Part shown: positions 14,425 to 26,988 of the stretch, in pieces
Numbering within the stretch: the stretch's first letter is position 1
How the letters are laid out: each line of letters starts with the position of its first letter
Source of the DNA: Catajapyx aquilonaris
Taxonomy: Eukaryota
DNA length: 64,000 nucleotides
Direction: 5' to 3'
Assembly: GCA_000934665.2 (NCBI GenBank)
Contig: KZ537990.1
Location: 62,001-126,000 of the forward strand
Position numbers and translations under genes: made by a program
Notes under the pieces: model-generated
What the model was told of the DNA's origin: nothing
Databases searched by the model: none
What the model saw: only the letters and a program-made list of their open reading frames with translations

Positions 14425-15660
14425 ATGAATGCAGGTCAGGTTGGAAATGTCGCAATATCTTCCGATGGCACCAATACCAATGAGGATACGCAACAAGGAC
14501 AACAAGTAAGCCAATATGATTCTCTCCTTTCTTGTCAATTATTATTAGCATTTATGCAGCACCCTCAAAACCGAATCTGTTTCGGAAAAGTGTATCATTC
14601 GCAATACAATGGATCATATCTGGTGTGAGCTAATTCCATGCCTTATTTCCTAACGCAGCCAAACACTGATACTGGCCATGGTGCGGAATCATCTCAAACA
14701 TGTCAAGACAGTCATCCATCAGGAAAAGGACAAGAGGAGGTTCCCAACGAAGGCACCTCTGGAGAGACATCAAGGATTCAGACAATACTGGCAAAAATTG
14801 TAGACTTCTTGAAGAATCCCAACGAAGGCGCCTTTGGAGAGACATCAAGGAAGCAGACAAAACTGGCAAAAACTGGGGACTTCTTGAAGAAAGATCCTAG
14901 AGCATTTCTATTCATCCTGTTCCTGGCATTTGTAGGCCTCTTAACTATTTTGTATCACCTTTCTTCCATTGTATCGGCAGCGTCTTTGGCTCCTGTGGCA
15001 ATCCTGTATCATTCAGCTTGTACCAATCTCTGCCAGTCTCTACCACCATTTGCAGTCAATCTTTTGTGTCAAAACAAGGAGGAGAGCAAGCGTGAAGTGT
15101 TCCTTTCTGGTTTTCCAAAATTGCAAGCAAATTTTCCATCGCAACCAGACGACACATGGCACGTTATAGGTTCAAGTGTAAAAAATGTGTTTCTTCGCGA
15201 ATCACCCAAGCCCAGCGTAATTCTCCTGATATGCACACCCGAAAGTAAAGGCAATTGCGGTCGTCTCGTTAATGATCTGGCAACACTTATGGCCACTGTC
15301 TTCGACGAACCGGTTCAGAATGCGATCCATCCCGATGACCTAAAGTCCGATGCTAAGTATGACCTGGACATGAAACTGCAGCAGTCGTTAGACACAGGAC
15401 ACCTGGCCATAATAGAAGATCTTCACCAGTTACCTCAAGACGCTGCTCTTTTACTGCACGGTTACTGCAATGCTGGGGATTCCCCGTACACAAGAGCAGT
15501 GTTCATATTCACTTGCTTCACTACTAATGAAGTTGAGGAAGAAATTAATGAAAATCAGTTAGGGAAAGACATATTGAATGAAGGGTGGAAACTTGGTGAT
15601 GACAAAAAGAATGCATTGTTAACACGGTTGACACAAAGCACAGTGGTAGTGAGAGGCTGA
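14425..15660 (+). CDS. TOR1AIP1: Torsin-1A-interacting protein (LAP1/LULL1-like) type II membrane torsin activator, ~360 aa; exons 14425-14505, 14659-15660 (start uncertain)
   Basis: Low-complexity N-terminus, one TM (AFLFILFLAFVGLLTILY) and LAP1C-type luminal motifs FPSQ..TW, PSVILL, LLLHGYCN, AVFIFT and C-terminal ALLTRL, matching the arginine-finger segment. Confidence 0.85.
14743..14892 (+). repeat. 75-nt (25-aa) tandem duplication within the TOR1AIP-like CDS
   Basis: PNEGTSGETSRIQTILAKIVDFLKN (14743-14817) and PNEGAFGETSRKQTKLAKTGDFLKK (14818-14892). Confidence 0.9.
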
Positions 15661-16347
15661 CGGAGACTATTTGGTTGATAATATTGTTTGCTTTGTTGCA
15701 TCTTGTTTGTGTGGCCAATATTGGCAAAGAATGATGTCCTAATCATGTAACTTGACAATAAATCTTACATGAAACCAGTAGGTACATATTGTTGACTCTC
15801 AATACCTATCTAATACAAATAAGCCATAGACCATGGAGAAATCACAAAATATGACTGATCTTTTTTTAATTTGAACTTATGTGCTGGGGAAAATGATCCA
15901 AACATTCTTAATATTGAGGAAGAGACTTTGCATATTATATTTATAAAATGGGATGAAGGTGGGCATAAAAGGAAGGGTCAGTAGAGGCCGAAAGGTGGAC
16001 TGAGTAAAGTGCAAATACTGGACTGTAGTATATCCGTAGAACTCTGTCTTGTAGTGGGCTATTTGTAGATATCTGCGCAATCCATCGTGGAAAGGATCTG
16101 TGATTAATAAAACTAATATCAATGAATTTCTTCTCTGGTGATTAGATTAAAGACAAAATGTGACTAGAGGGCAAACGCCATCACTTCCATGAATGATGTG
16201 TAATATTTGTTATCATGAGGTTCTTCCCCGCAGACTCTGTCTTCAAGGGTACGGCATACTATAAAACACTGGCTGGATAGAAATTATAGTGTGGTGAAGT
16301 GTGTGAAGTTAGTAGCTACTCCGCATCATTCGTAAGCTTAACCAACA

Positions 16348-17732
16348 ATGTGTTCCTGTGAATGTGCGATAATAGCGGTGATATGTAGCGCATTTATGTC
16401 TATATTATTCGTGAGTGATTTAGATGGAACATATTGCTCTAAAAGCTACTGTAAGGATGCGCAACTGAAAAGTAAGGGTACAGCTTGTGTATTAGTTGCT
16501 TATATTTACTCACTAGTTTCATGTTCAAATATATGTTTTGATATTCCAAATGAATTCTTTTATTGCAGATTTAAAATGGAACCTCCACAACAAAGTGTAT
16601 GGGCAACATTTTGCTGAGGACATTGTTATGACCGCAATAACCAAACACTCCAAAGTAACAAGGCCTGAGAAACCACTGATCCTGTCATTTCAAGGTCCGA
16701 CTGGAACAGGGAAGAATTTCATCTCAACGTTTATAGCCGACGCCATGAAACCAAGAGGCATGAAGAGTTCCGCTGTACATCACTTTAAATGTCCTTCTGA
16801 CTTCCCACACAAAAGTCAAGCCTCACTTTATAAGGTTAGTAGGCCACAATATTGATTTGAAATTAACTATTAATTGAAATTATTTAATCGCAGGCGCAGC
16901 TGGCAGCATGGGTCAAGGGCAACGTGTCCTCTTGCCCATATTCCATATTCATATTCGATGAGATAGACATGATGCCACCAAATGTCATAGACGGAATTAC
17001 ACCATTTTTGGGCGCTTATGACAACATAGGAGGTGTCGATTATCGCAAAGCCATATTTATCTTCCTGAGCAATACAGGAACAAGGGCGATAACAGATCTA
17101 GTCTTGCAATACAAGGAAGACGGCCTGTCAAGAGATAAAATAACCTTACTAGGTGAGCAGTTTAGATTGTTATGCATTACTGGTGGTTTCACCTCAAGAT
17201 CAATGCAGGCACACCTTTAAAAAATGCTGGGGATTATTATCAGAATTCTTTTAAAACCTGTAGTGGGCCGGCAGAATCTAATCAAAATTATTAATGTATT
17301 TATTTACGTGTGTTAACTAGTCCATTCATGTTTTTTTGTCAAGAACTGGAGAGTCTCCTGAAGAAAAGCTCGCTGAATGAAAAAGGGGGGCTACACATGG
17401 CTGATATCATCGGTCGAGGTGCAAAAATAAGTTATTACGTTCCAATGATGCCTTTGGAGAGACATCATGTCATGCATTGCATCCAGGATTACATACGCAA
17501 AACCTACAAGCGCGGCGTTACAGGAGAGGACATAAAGTGCGTTGAAACTATTACTATAGTTGTATAGAAATGAAAGTGATTTCGCTTCATTTTTTTCAGC
17601 TCTCTTGCAGATTCGATGGCATACTGGCCAAAAGGAGCCAACTACTTTTCGGTCACAGGTTGTAAGGAAGTCCCTGAAAAGGTTGATCTCCTGATGAGTC
17701 GACGTAAGATTCCCATGAAGGATGACCTTTGA
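16348..17732 (+). CDS. Torsin: Torsin family AAA+ ATPase, copy 1, ~324 aa, ends KDDL; exons 16348-16471, 16569-16834, 16894-17152, 17344-17536, 17600-17732
   Basis: Hydrophobic signal peptide, VYGQH, Walker A GPTGTGKN, Walker B IFIFDEID, IFIFLSN, PMMPLE and sensor-2 GCK; intron phases are consistent. Confidence 0.93.
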
Positions 17733-18286
17733 GAGAAAATTTAATATGACTGCTGTTTATGCCCAGTTTTTTTCCCAATTTTTGCTCAATTCTCTACCAC
17801 GACAGATAAAGCGAGTAGAGAACTACCAATATTCTTCTGAAATAAATGCACATTAAGAATAATGGCGTAACATGACTTTCATTATTAGTGGCATTTGCAT
17901 TTTGTCACACTTTGTTGACAGCAGTGATGTTTAAAAATGGAGTGAAGGTGTCAGGAGAGAGCGATTACATTGCAGATAATGTAAAATCCAATGTTATATC
18001 ATGCTAGTCCTGGCGAGGTTGGTTTAAGAGTCATCGAACAAGATAATAATGCACCTGATAAAATTATATCAGTGGATTTCTTTGAGATCATAAGATTAAA
18101 TGACAAATAACGCGACTTCAGGGCAAAGGCTTATATACTTCCAAGAATGTTACATAATTTTTTACTTGGGTTCTTTCCCGCAGACTCAGTGTTCAAGAGG
18201 CTAAATCACTGGCTAGATAGAGACTGATATTACCATTCAGGTGTATAGTTGGCTGCTTCATTCGTAAGCTTAACCAGCACCGCACC

Positions 18287-19676
18287 ATGAGTAATTGTGT
18301 CGAAGTAATTTTTGCATGTTTCTTTGGCACAATCGCAGTATTTATTATTTTCGTATCACCGCAGATTTATTCACATGTATGTTCTTCATACGCGGATTGT
18401 TGTAAATACGATTGGAAGGATGCGGAACTGGAAAGTAAGGATAACGACCTATACGTTTTTCTTCGCTTCACGTTCGAGTGCTAAGCATGTGTTATTTTCT
18501 TGCAGAATTAAAATCAAACCTAAAGTACAAAGTGTATGGTCAACATTTAGCAGCAGAAATTGTTACGACTGCAATAACCAAAATATCTAAAGTAGCAATG
18601 CCTGAGAAACCACTTGTGTTGTCATTTCACGGTCCGACTGGAACAGGGAAAAATTTCATCTCAACGTTTATAGCTGATGCCATGAAACTGCGAGGTATGA
18701 AGAGTTACTCGGTGCATCTTTTTATATCGCCACTTCACTTCCCACACAAGAAGCACGCCTCAATGTACAAGGTTAGTAAGCTTTAAAACTTTTCGTAATT
18801 AACGCCTCTAATGAAATAATATAATCGCAGGAACAGCTGCGAATGTGGGTCAAGGGCAACGTGACCCATTGCCCTTATTCTGTATTCATATTCGACGAGA
18901 TGGACATGATGCCACCGAATGTCATAGATGGAATTACACCATTTTTGGGCACTTATAACAACATTGAAGGTGTCGATTATCGCCATGCCGTTTTTATTTT
19001 CCTGAGCAATTCCGGAGCAAGTGCCATTACAGATCTTATACTAAAACATAAGGAAGATGGCTTCTCAAGGGATCAAATAACTTTACGAGGTGAGCAGTTT
19101 GGATTGTTCCACATTAAAGGATGATTTGAGAAATGAATGTGCAAGTGTAATTTAATATGCGCACTACCTTTTTTGAAGAAAAAAAATTCTTAAATATGTT
19201 TGATTTGACACAAGCATTAAACCAGGTCAGCGCATTTTTGTTGTAATTATACTAATAATGAGTTAATTATCACCGTTTTTAAAGATTTTGAACAGCTCAT
19301 GAAAAAAAGTGCGATGAATGAAAACGGTGGACTGCATATGGCTGATGTCGTCGGTCGAAGTGGAGGAAGCACAATCAGTTATTACATTCCAATGATGCCT
19401 TTGGAGAGAGATCATGTCCTTCTTTGCATCCAGGATTACATGCACAACTGATATAAATACACTGCTTCAGTAGCAGACATCAAGTGAGGGAAAATAATTA
19501 ACAAGTGCATGAAAATGAGAGTAATTTTGCTTCGTTTTTGCAGTTCGATTGCAGATTCGATGATTTACTGGCCAGAAGGAACCAACTACTTTTCGGTCAC
19601 CGGTTGTAAGGAAGTGCCCGAAAAGGTCGATCTCTTAATGAGTCGACGTAACATTCCAATGAAGGACGAACTTTGA
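18287..19676 (+). CDS. Torsin: Torsin family AAA+ ATPase, copy 2, ends KDEL, with in-frame TGA at 19449-19451 (young pseudogene, null allele or readthrough); exons 18287-18434, 18506-18771, 18831-19089, 19285-19483, 19544-19676
   Basis: Same exon structure and motifs as copy 1. QDYMHN*YKYTASVADI aligns to QDYIRKTYKRGVTGEDI; the downstream exon is intact (GCKEVPEKVDLLMSRRNIPMKDEL). Confidence 0.85.
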
Positions 19677-20802
19677 TCGAAAAGCCAGGAAAATCTAAAG
19701 GGATTGTTATTATTCTGTTGCTTCCAGATACTTTCCCCACAATTTTTGCCCCATCAACATTTAAAAACAGAAAGAGCATGTTCCGGGTGTTAATTAACGA
19801 TACTGACCTAGGCTGAGAACATCTGGTTAACACTATCAAACCACAGAGTGTTCACACATCTCTGCAATTTTCCATCCAGTCACTTCCACCACTTATTGTG
19901 ACAATTTCTGAATAAATTAAGTTACCTGTAATCACGGCAATAAAATTCCTCATTACAGACTCACTAAATTACTTTTCTTAAGAATGCAATGTGAAAAATA
20001 GTGTTAACACTCTTCCTGCTAAGCTCCCAGCTTGTGCAGCTTCCTGCAGTTATGATAACCGAGTAATGGCATCGCAGTGTCCTCTAATTGGATGTCGCAA
20101 GGTCAACAGTGCACGGAATGAAACATTTTACGTGAACAGTTCGAAACGTGGTGACCATGGCGATCATTTCCAAATATTCTGTTTACATCACAATAAAAAT
20201 TCGGAAAACTCGTTCCCCGCTCGTTCCTTCCTCAGAAGCGCTTGAAAATTGGGGTACCGTATCTTTAACTTAATCCAGTTTATCTTTTTGTTTGGGCATT
20301 GACATCGGTGGATCAATAATTAATTATTACCTAGGTATTAGTTATTGAATCTAATTTTTTCAACATGCGGTTTAAATTTTTATCGCAACAATATTGGAAA
20401 ACTTTATTGCCAATATTATTGAGGCGACTACATTAACAAGCGTTTGGCACAGAAAGTGTTTTTGTAGTTGGTAAATTTTGCAATCTACTCTCCAAATCTT
20501 GCGGAAATATCCCGAGAGCAATGCAGGTTTCATTTTACGGCTAATTTTTTAAAATTGCTAAAAACTGCGATTTTTTAGCAAAGAAGAAATCACTATTTTG
20601 GAGGCCATAATTCGATATTTTGGTATATCTTTTAAACATAAGTACCAGCGTCTCAATATGTGGTAAAATAGCTTCCCATCACATGAATAAAATTTTGCAA
20701 TAATTGTTGTAATCTTCTCGGCAGCCTAAATTTGCGACCTTCTGCCGGACTGGATGAAAATATATTCAGTGACAATAAGGAGTGGCCTGATGAATGAATT
20801 AA

Positions 20803-20992
20803 GGTGCGTGTACATGTGAGCAATTTGATCTTGCGATGTCATCGCCGAGCGGTGCATCGCCATAGTAACCCGAGTAACCAGTATTGTTTATTGAGGCGAC
20901 AATCGATTGTCACTTTCACTTCAAACAATATTGGTTACCCGGATCACTGGGCAATGCATCGCGCGATCAGATCGCTCGCATGTAAACACACC
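20803..20992. mobile_element. Palindromic MITE-like element (~190 bp) flanked by TTAA (Harbinger- or Kolobok-like)
   Basis: Termini GGTGCGTGTACATGTGAGCAATTTGATC and GATCAGATCGCTCGCATGTAAACACACC; internal inverted arms GTAACCAGTATTGTTT / AAACAATATTGGTTAC; TTAA at 20799-20802 and 20993-20996. Confidence 0.8.
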
Positions 20993-21840
20993 TTAAAGCT
21001 GCAGAATGGGGGCAACACATGCACACACTTGTTACCGAAATATGGAGAATAAGTACAATAAGTTCATTTTGGGAGAAAATACGTGAACAAAACACAACAT
21101 AATATTATACCAAATTATACAGCATTTGCTATACCGTACGGTACCATGTCCTGCCATGAGTTCGATTCATTACTTCATAGTCGAGTTGTGTTTTTTTTAT
21201 CGCAGATAAGGTCACGACCTGGCAATTATTTTTACTGGAATTTATATTTATCTGCAACCAGCAGTTTTTTTACTGATGAGTGAGAGGTAAAATGCACTCA
21301 TTTTTCTTTTCTTTGAAACCCATAGAGAGTATAACTACTGTTCATTGCTTTAACATTCTCATGAGCACAAAATTACTTATTGATCCAAGGAACATTTATG
21401 TCCTGTTCGTATAAAACTTACAAGTATAGTTGTAGTGAAAAATCGGCACTCTTCAGGACAATATTAGGCTTCTCACGCCAAATCATTTCAACGCAATTAC
21501 TCACCATTTTTACCTTAACTTGGAACAACCAACTTTGTTGTTCACATTCATAGTTCCTTTCCTGGAAAATAAACAGCATCATCAAATGTTAAGTATTTCA
21601 ACCATTTGCCAAACAACAATAGGGTGATTTATTTCCAGCATCTACATGGGATAGCAGGAAACAGGAAAGTGCCACAACGAGTTATGGGTGTCTTCTAAAC
21701 CATCCATCCCGACACGAGATTGGCTTCCTGATGTTTCAGTTTAGCCCAGGAAAGCGTATTTCGGAAAAAAGAGCATTCTGCAGAATGGACGGTTTGTTCG
21801 CCTAATGGCCGTTCTCGGGGTTTGAGCCTAACATAACTAT

Positions 21841-22840
21841 CCAAACTGCTCACCTCACGAGGTTATTTGATCCCTTCACAGGCCATCTTCCTTGTGCTTC
21901 AGATCTGTAATGGCACTTGCTCAGGAAGATAAATACAGCGTGGGCGATAATCGACACCTTCCACCTTGTTGTATAGGTGCCCAAAAATGGTGTAATTCCA
22001 TCTATGACATTTGGTGGCATCATGTCCATCTCATCCAATAACGGAAGAAGGGCAATAGAGAATGTTGCCCTTGACCCACATTCGTAGGTGTTCCTGCAAT
22101 CATGTTATTTCATTAGAATCTTCGTTTTCCATATAGGTTTTATAGCGTTCTAACCTTGTACCATGGGGCATGCTAAATGTGTGGGAAGTGAAGTGGCGAT
22201 ATAGAAAGATGCACCGAGTAACTCTTCATACCTCGCAGTTTCATGGAATCAGCTATAAACGTTGAGACGTAATTCTTCCCTGTTCCAGTCGGACTGTGAA
22301 ATGACAACACAAGTGGTATCTCAGGGGTTACTACTTTAGATAGTTTGGTTATTGCGGTCGTAACTATTTCCACTGCCATATGTTGATAGGTTTGATTTTA
22401 TTTATCCAAGAAAACAAGAAATACTGAGCATTCAAACATGAAGAATACTGTTAGATCTGAAAAAACCTAGGCTATCCTAACTTTCCAGTCATATTTACAA
22501 CAATCTGCAAGTGAAGAACATGCATATGAATGAAGCGCTTCATTGGTATAAAAACAACATATGCTTTAATCATTAAGATCCAGGAACTTATGACAAGAAT
22601 TACCTCGTATGGATGCATGTTGCTGGTTAAGTGTACGATTGAGCAAGGGTGTATCCAGGGGGGGCAACTGCCTTGCGATTGAAGCAGCCAACTTCACGTA
22701 CCTGAATAGTAATATCAGTCTCTATCTCGCAAGTGATTTAGACCCTTGAACATCCGAGTCCATGGGAGACAACCTAGTCTGAGTGTAAAAAAATATATTT
22801 AACATTCCTGGAAGTGTGAGCGTGTTCCCTCTAGTCACAG
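21841..22840 (-). pseudogene. Inverted torsin pseudogene most similar to copy 2 (upstream region and exons 1-3 only)
   Basis: PLVLSFHSPTGTGKNYVS, FPHI* stop, deletion of the KYKVYG segment, frameshifted DEMDMMPPNVIDGITPFLGTY exon (22093-21854); exons 4-5 not found. Confidence 0.9.
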
Positions 22841-23329
22841 CTTATCTTTTAATTTTGGTTCCGTTGCTAGTTAATGCGTACTGCACCTTTAAAATGTGGA
22901 GGGCCGGATGCTGGCATATGAGGGAAAAACAACAAAGTGCATGAGTGTTGCACCTGGATTCTTACTCTGACGGGATTTGATCACCTACTGCACATGGACG
23001 ATGTGTTAGGGGACCAAGGCAAGGGGACCAGAAGCCCTCAAACTGACTTTTACATTTAGAAGCTGGCGGAACAGATGTGACGTCACGAAACTTTGACGGC
23101 GCCTTAAGCATTAACTACGCAAAGGCGCCCGAAGGTAATTGCACATCCCAACATGAGTTTTGCGAGTACTATCAGTCTACCTGGCCATTTGGCATTAGTT
23201 TCCCTTCACCTTGTATAATGATGACACCCTATTAATATGGTATCTGTACATTAATTACCAGTGTAATCATTCAGAAATTATCACAAGAAGTTTAAGTAAA
23301 TGGCAGTAATGGGATGAACACTCTGTGGT

Positions 23330-24058
23330 TTGATATGACCAGATCTTTTGTCAATAATTGTTAAACTTAAACTCCTGCATAATTATATAGTTTAGGTAAT
23401 TACCAAAAGGGCCCAAAAATGGTCTAATTCCATTTATGACATTTGGCAGCATCTTGTCTATCTCGTCGAATATGAATATGGAGTATGGGCAAGAGGAAAC
23501 GTTTCCTTTAACCCACGATCGCAGTTGCTCCTACGATTAAATAGTTTTTATTAATAATCAATTTCAAATAAATGTTGCGGCATACTAACCTTATAAAGCG
23601 AGGCGTAATTTTCGTGTGGGAAGTCAGGACCTTTAAAGTGATGTACGGAGGAACTCTTCATGCCTTGTGGTTTCGCGGCATCAGCTATAAACGTTGAGAT
23701 GTAACTCTTCCCTGTTCCAGTCGGACCTTGAAATAACAGGATCAGCGGTCTCTCCGGCAGAATGTTCTGTACTCAATCAAATCATTGGAGTGATTGTTTG
23801 CTCATTGCGGTCATAACAATTTCCTCTGCAATATGTTGCCCATACACTTTGGAATCAAGTTTCACTTTTAAATCTGCAAGCAAAAGAATGCGCTATTTGG
23901 CATAATACCCACACTTTTGTATTTGAACATAACGAGTAATAAATAGGCTTACTTTTCAGTTGCGCATCATGACAGTAGCGTTCAGAGCAATACCTTCTAC
24001 CTAAACCATCAAAATCACGAATCCATGTGCTAATTATCATACAGAGAAATTGACACAT
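23330..24058 (-). pseudogene. Inverted torsin pseudogene most similar to copy 1 (exons 1, 2 and part of 3)
   Basis: MCQFLCMIISTW...YCHDAQLK; exon 23873-23590 reads KVYGQHIAEEIVMTAMSKQSLQ*FD*...GPTGTGKSY; exon from 23530 reads EQLRSWVKGNVSSCPYSIFIFDEIDKM, then truncates. Confidence 0.9.
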
Positions 24059-24486
24059 TGTTGCGAATCACACGTGAGACTGATCCTACCGATTGCAGCT
24101 AACTACTGACGATCTTCCCACAAAAAGCGCCCAAGCGGGAATAACTCAAACTACAAAATCTGCATCAAATATGGCTGCCTGAAAAACAACCGCGCTTGGA
24201 TTTTTTTTTCCTCTGCTCATTGCATCATCTCTGATCGGACAAAAGCCGCGTCTCGTGTTGTCAGCACGTGTGTTCGCCCCTGTGTCCGCCCCTGGTGTTT
24301 TCTGCCCCCCCCCCTGTGGGCATGAGGACAGCGGGCCAGAGCGTGCCAGGCTGGGCGTCCTGTGCACGCTCTTCGTAAAGCTGTAGGTGCGACCAGGGGT
24401 TATTGTAATGAAAGTACTTTTGGTGACATAATAATTACAAGGATAATAATTTTTACAGGGTGCTGCAAAAAGGTGTTAACCGCAGG

Positions 24487-25460
24487 ATGTGCGCTGAAGC
24501 TATGCCTGGCCGGTACATGCCATACGGTTGCAGGCACTATAAGCGGAAGGGAGCGCTTATTGTGAGTTGGAAGGCGGACTAATTAATGCAATTGCTAATT
24601 ACGATGCTATTGCAGGGCAGTTGCTGCCGGAAGGAGTATCCGTGCCACAAGTGTCATAACGAGGGGGAAACGCACAAATTTGATCCCAAGGCTCCATGCG
24701 AGGTCCTCTGCAAATTCTGCAACTACAGACAGCCGTTTGGGACCAAGTGTCGTAATTGCTTCATACTATTCGGGAGGGTACGACCTGCATAGTTTTAAAT
24801 TGCACGTTAAAATTTCCCACACCTAATTGCACAACCAATGATGACTCTGCGTGCTACTAACGAATCATTTGCCTTTCAGCATGACTGCTCCATCTGCCGC
24901 CTGTTTGACGATGAGGACAAAGAGATGTTCCATTGCGAGCATTGCGGTATTTGTCGAACCGGAGGATACGACAACTTTTTTCACTGTCCTAGATGTGATG
25001 TTTGCTATACTGCATTTCTATTCGAACATAAGGTAATGCGCAGACTCATTAACATCAATAATTGCGGTAAATGTTGTGTACAACTGTGGAGTATTTTGCC
25101 TCCATTATTGTGATCTGACATGCCCTTTCACTGCTCACATGTAAAAACATTCCCACATGCTTACATGGCGGTTGTAGAAAAATTAGGAGAAAAACTGCTT
25201 TGCCAATATTGAATGGAAGTATGTTTTCTTTGCAGTGTATAGAGCGAGCTTCAAGGTCTGACTGCCCAATGTGCCTGGAGTATCTTCATACATCGAGGGA
25301 GGATATTATTGCCTTGTCTTGTGGACATCTGATCCACTTCAAATGCTGGGAAGATGTGAAGGCAACTCGAGGGACCAAATGTCTGACGTGCCAAACCATG
25401 GTGTTTGTAGTACCAGAGAAAGGAGGAACGATATCAGCAATGGCACCGGCTGCCATCTAA
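24487..25460 (+). CDS. RCHY1: RCHY1/Pirh2-like E3 ligase, copy B; exons 24487-24561, 24616-24777, 24880-25032, 25236-25460
   Basis: [32 protein letters not shown] and [15 protein letters not shown]...CGHLIHFKC...CLTC; same intron positions as copy A. Confidence 0.9.
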
Positions 25461-26279
25461 ATGCTCAGTTAAAACGTTGAGACTGACCCGCATTTTAAAC
25501 ATTTGTTCAAAATCGAATATATTTTTTGTTCGTATAAGTAATAGAAGTAATAAAGTCTGTCATGCTGATGTGGGCTAAAACTTTATCGATGAGGTCACGG
25601 AAAAGTCAGTTTTTGTGGGGAAATTTGAAAGTTGGGGGAGAGGGCAACCACAGCAGTGTGACGATGTACTTTTGGAGGTGGGGTAGGGCCAAGCGTGACT
25701 GCATGACATGAGAGTAAAGCAGGGTGCCCCGCACACACCTGATGATACATTAATTTTCTCCTTCGCTCTACCTGGTTCAGTTCCTTCCCTGACGAAAATT
25801 ATTCATAGACTAATCGTAGACTCGATAAGATCTCTCTCATTTTCAGCTTAATTTCAATGTTGGTTCATGATAAAATTCAACATACTTAATTCAACGTGCA
25901 TGTGGTCCAGATTGAGCTATTGACATCAGAAATTAAACTTCTTATAATGGTAACATGAACTTACACACCACCATTATGCTCTGTTGCCATTGCTTATTAC
26001 CGCAGTTTATTTTTGGTTAATTGGAGGTTGTCCACAAAGTATGTCACCTCAATTTTTGTCTATTTGATCCCTTCTATCCTCACGTCACATCCAGTCATGC
26101 CAGGCCTCGCCTCTTGCAAAATGAGATCCCCCACTACTTCGGAAATCCCTCTGCACATAACTTTTGTTTACATCTCATAAAAATTAATCTGGATTTATGT
26201 GCGGGAAGTCATGCCTGCCAACACTTGCAGAGTTACCCAGGGTGTTTCTTACTACTGTGTCATTACCCAAACATACTCA

Positions 26280-26535
26280 TTGGCCCTAAACAAATCAATA
26301 ATGTAGTCGGGAGAAATGTCAAGGGACCAACCAGAAACGAGGTAGACGACTAGCCTGCCCTTAGACACATGTGGAAACACACGACACCTTTTTCAGTCAA
26401 TCTCTCGGTAGAAGAATGTGCTGTGTGTGTTTGCCATGTGTGTATAAGGGCAGGCCAATATGTTTGATGGCTCTCTTGTTACTGTTGGTCCCTTGACATT
26501 TCTCCACCAGACATTTTTTCGCTTGGATTGGGCCA
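26280..26535. mobile_element. Degenerate palindromic (foldback/MITE-like) element
   Basis: GGAGAAATGTCAAGGGACCAAC (~26310-26331) is inverted at ~26484-26505; inner arms GCCTGCCCTTA and TAAGGGCAGGC. Confidence 0.6.
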
Positions 26536-26820
26536 ACATACGCTGCTGGCCAGGCGACATACTAGTTAGAAACACCCTCTACATGCAGGGAAAAAATAGT
26601 TTTCCAATTTTTGATGTGAAAGTGAAACCTGTCCATGACATGTCTGGATACAGTAGGAAACTTGTCCATATGGAACTTTTTCGTAGTCATGATTCAGGAT
26701 ATGAAACGTAACAAATGTTTGTCAAGCATAATAAAAACCTGTCTAAGACAGAATTTTTGCGGATCAAGAGAATAAGCCGTAGACTGCTCTCACTGTATTA
26801 TAAAACGACATATTGTATTA

Positions 26821-26988
26821 AGGCCCATTCACACAGGCCGTCGATGGTTTTGTTTTTAGTTCTCGTCGATCAGAGCGGGCCCTCATGTAAACAACGCGTC
26901 ATGGTTACCGTGAGAGCCCGCTCTGATTGGTCCGCGGCGTCGACGAGAACTAAAACCAAAACCGTCGATGGCCTGTGTGGATGGGCCT
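26821..26988. mobile_element. PIF/Harbinger (Tourist-like) MITE, 168 bp, TTA TSD
   Basis: ~50-bp near-perfect TIRs AGGCCCATTCACACAGGCC... and ...GGCCTGTGTGGATGGGCCT; TTA at 26818-26820 and 26989-26991. Confidence 0.85.

Noticed and set aside
16221..16240. Shared GCAG|ACT acceptors upstream of the TOR1AIP-like gene and both torsins, suggesting operon-like trans-splicing
   Set aside because: Ordinary 5'UTR introns plus torsin duplication explain this; there is no spliced-leader evidence in the sequence.
19449..19950. Selenoprotein interpretation of torsin 2
   Set aside because: The aligned paralog residue is Thr rather than Cys, and no SECIS was recognisable by eye.
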